Positions 51,471-51,539 of a stretch of 51,539 bases of DNA are shown here, piece by piece. Where the stretch lies: NCBI GenBank assembly GCA_964501035.1, contig CAZCRK010000006.1:1-51539 (forward strand). The letters are read 5' to 3'. A program made the position numbers and the translations under genes. The notes under the pieces were generated by a model that was not told where the DNA came from, did no database searches, and saw nothing but the letters and a program-made list of their open reading frames with translations. Position 1 is the first letter of the stretch. Each line of letters starts with the position of its first letter.

Positions 51471-51539
51471 TATGCACAATTGTGCATACACAGCCAATGC
51501 GGAGGAATAAACACAATAGGGTTTACACGAACGTTGGGC
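51471..51539 (+). mobile_element. Candidate attI/attC-like recombination region
   Basis: 18-bp perfect palindrome at 51471-51488, short IR TAAAC...GTTTA at 51508-51525, and GTTGGGC (GTTRRRY) at 51533-51539. Confidence 0.45.

Noticed and set aside
1..51539. Selenoprotein by UGA read-through
   Set aside because: The ORFs are full length for their families, and the TGA stops I checked coincide with normal C-termini and ATGA/TTGA overlaps.

Overview
AT-rich bacterial core-genome segment with about 45 tightly packed housekeeping genes, all on the minus strand. In transcription order (right to left) it carries: the dcw cluster mraZ-rsmH-ftsL-ftsI-murE-murF-mraY-murD-ftsW-murG-murC-murB-ftsQ-ftsA-ftsZ; an orphan oligopeptide ABC ATPase, mtaB, a deoxynucleoside kinase, purN-purH and mreBCD-mrdA-rodA; a mitochondrial-type aconitase; ffh-rpsP-rimM-trmD-rplS; an MFS transporter, a GAF/HD-GYP protein, selA-selB-mutS and a PorV-like gene; then yicC-gmk-rpoZ-udg-dnaB-rel-HU-ruvX-lnt (partial). 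Gene order and protein style suggest a Gram-negative FCB-group organism, possibly Marinimicrobia-like (inference only). ffh is split by a 100-N scaffold gap flanked by a 55-bp duplication, which is an assembly artefact. The only accessory DNA is at the right end. There, a plus-strand integron-integrase-like tyrosine recombinase gene appears to be internally deleted in frame, and it is followed by an 18-bp palindrome and a GTTRRRY site at the last seven bases. Other points of note are a hairpin over the selA ribosome-binding site and start codon, a GTAG-type REP-like palindrome after ftsZ, MraZ boxes plus a CRP-like box at the dcw promoter, and repeated overlap of terminators with the next promoter. 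I see no tRNA, rRNA or CRISPR array and no convincing wholly new multi-gene system; the window is mostly ordinary.
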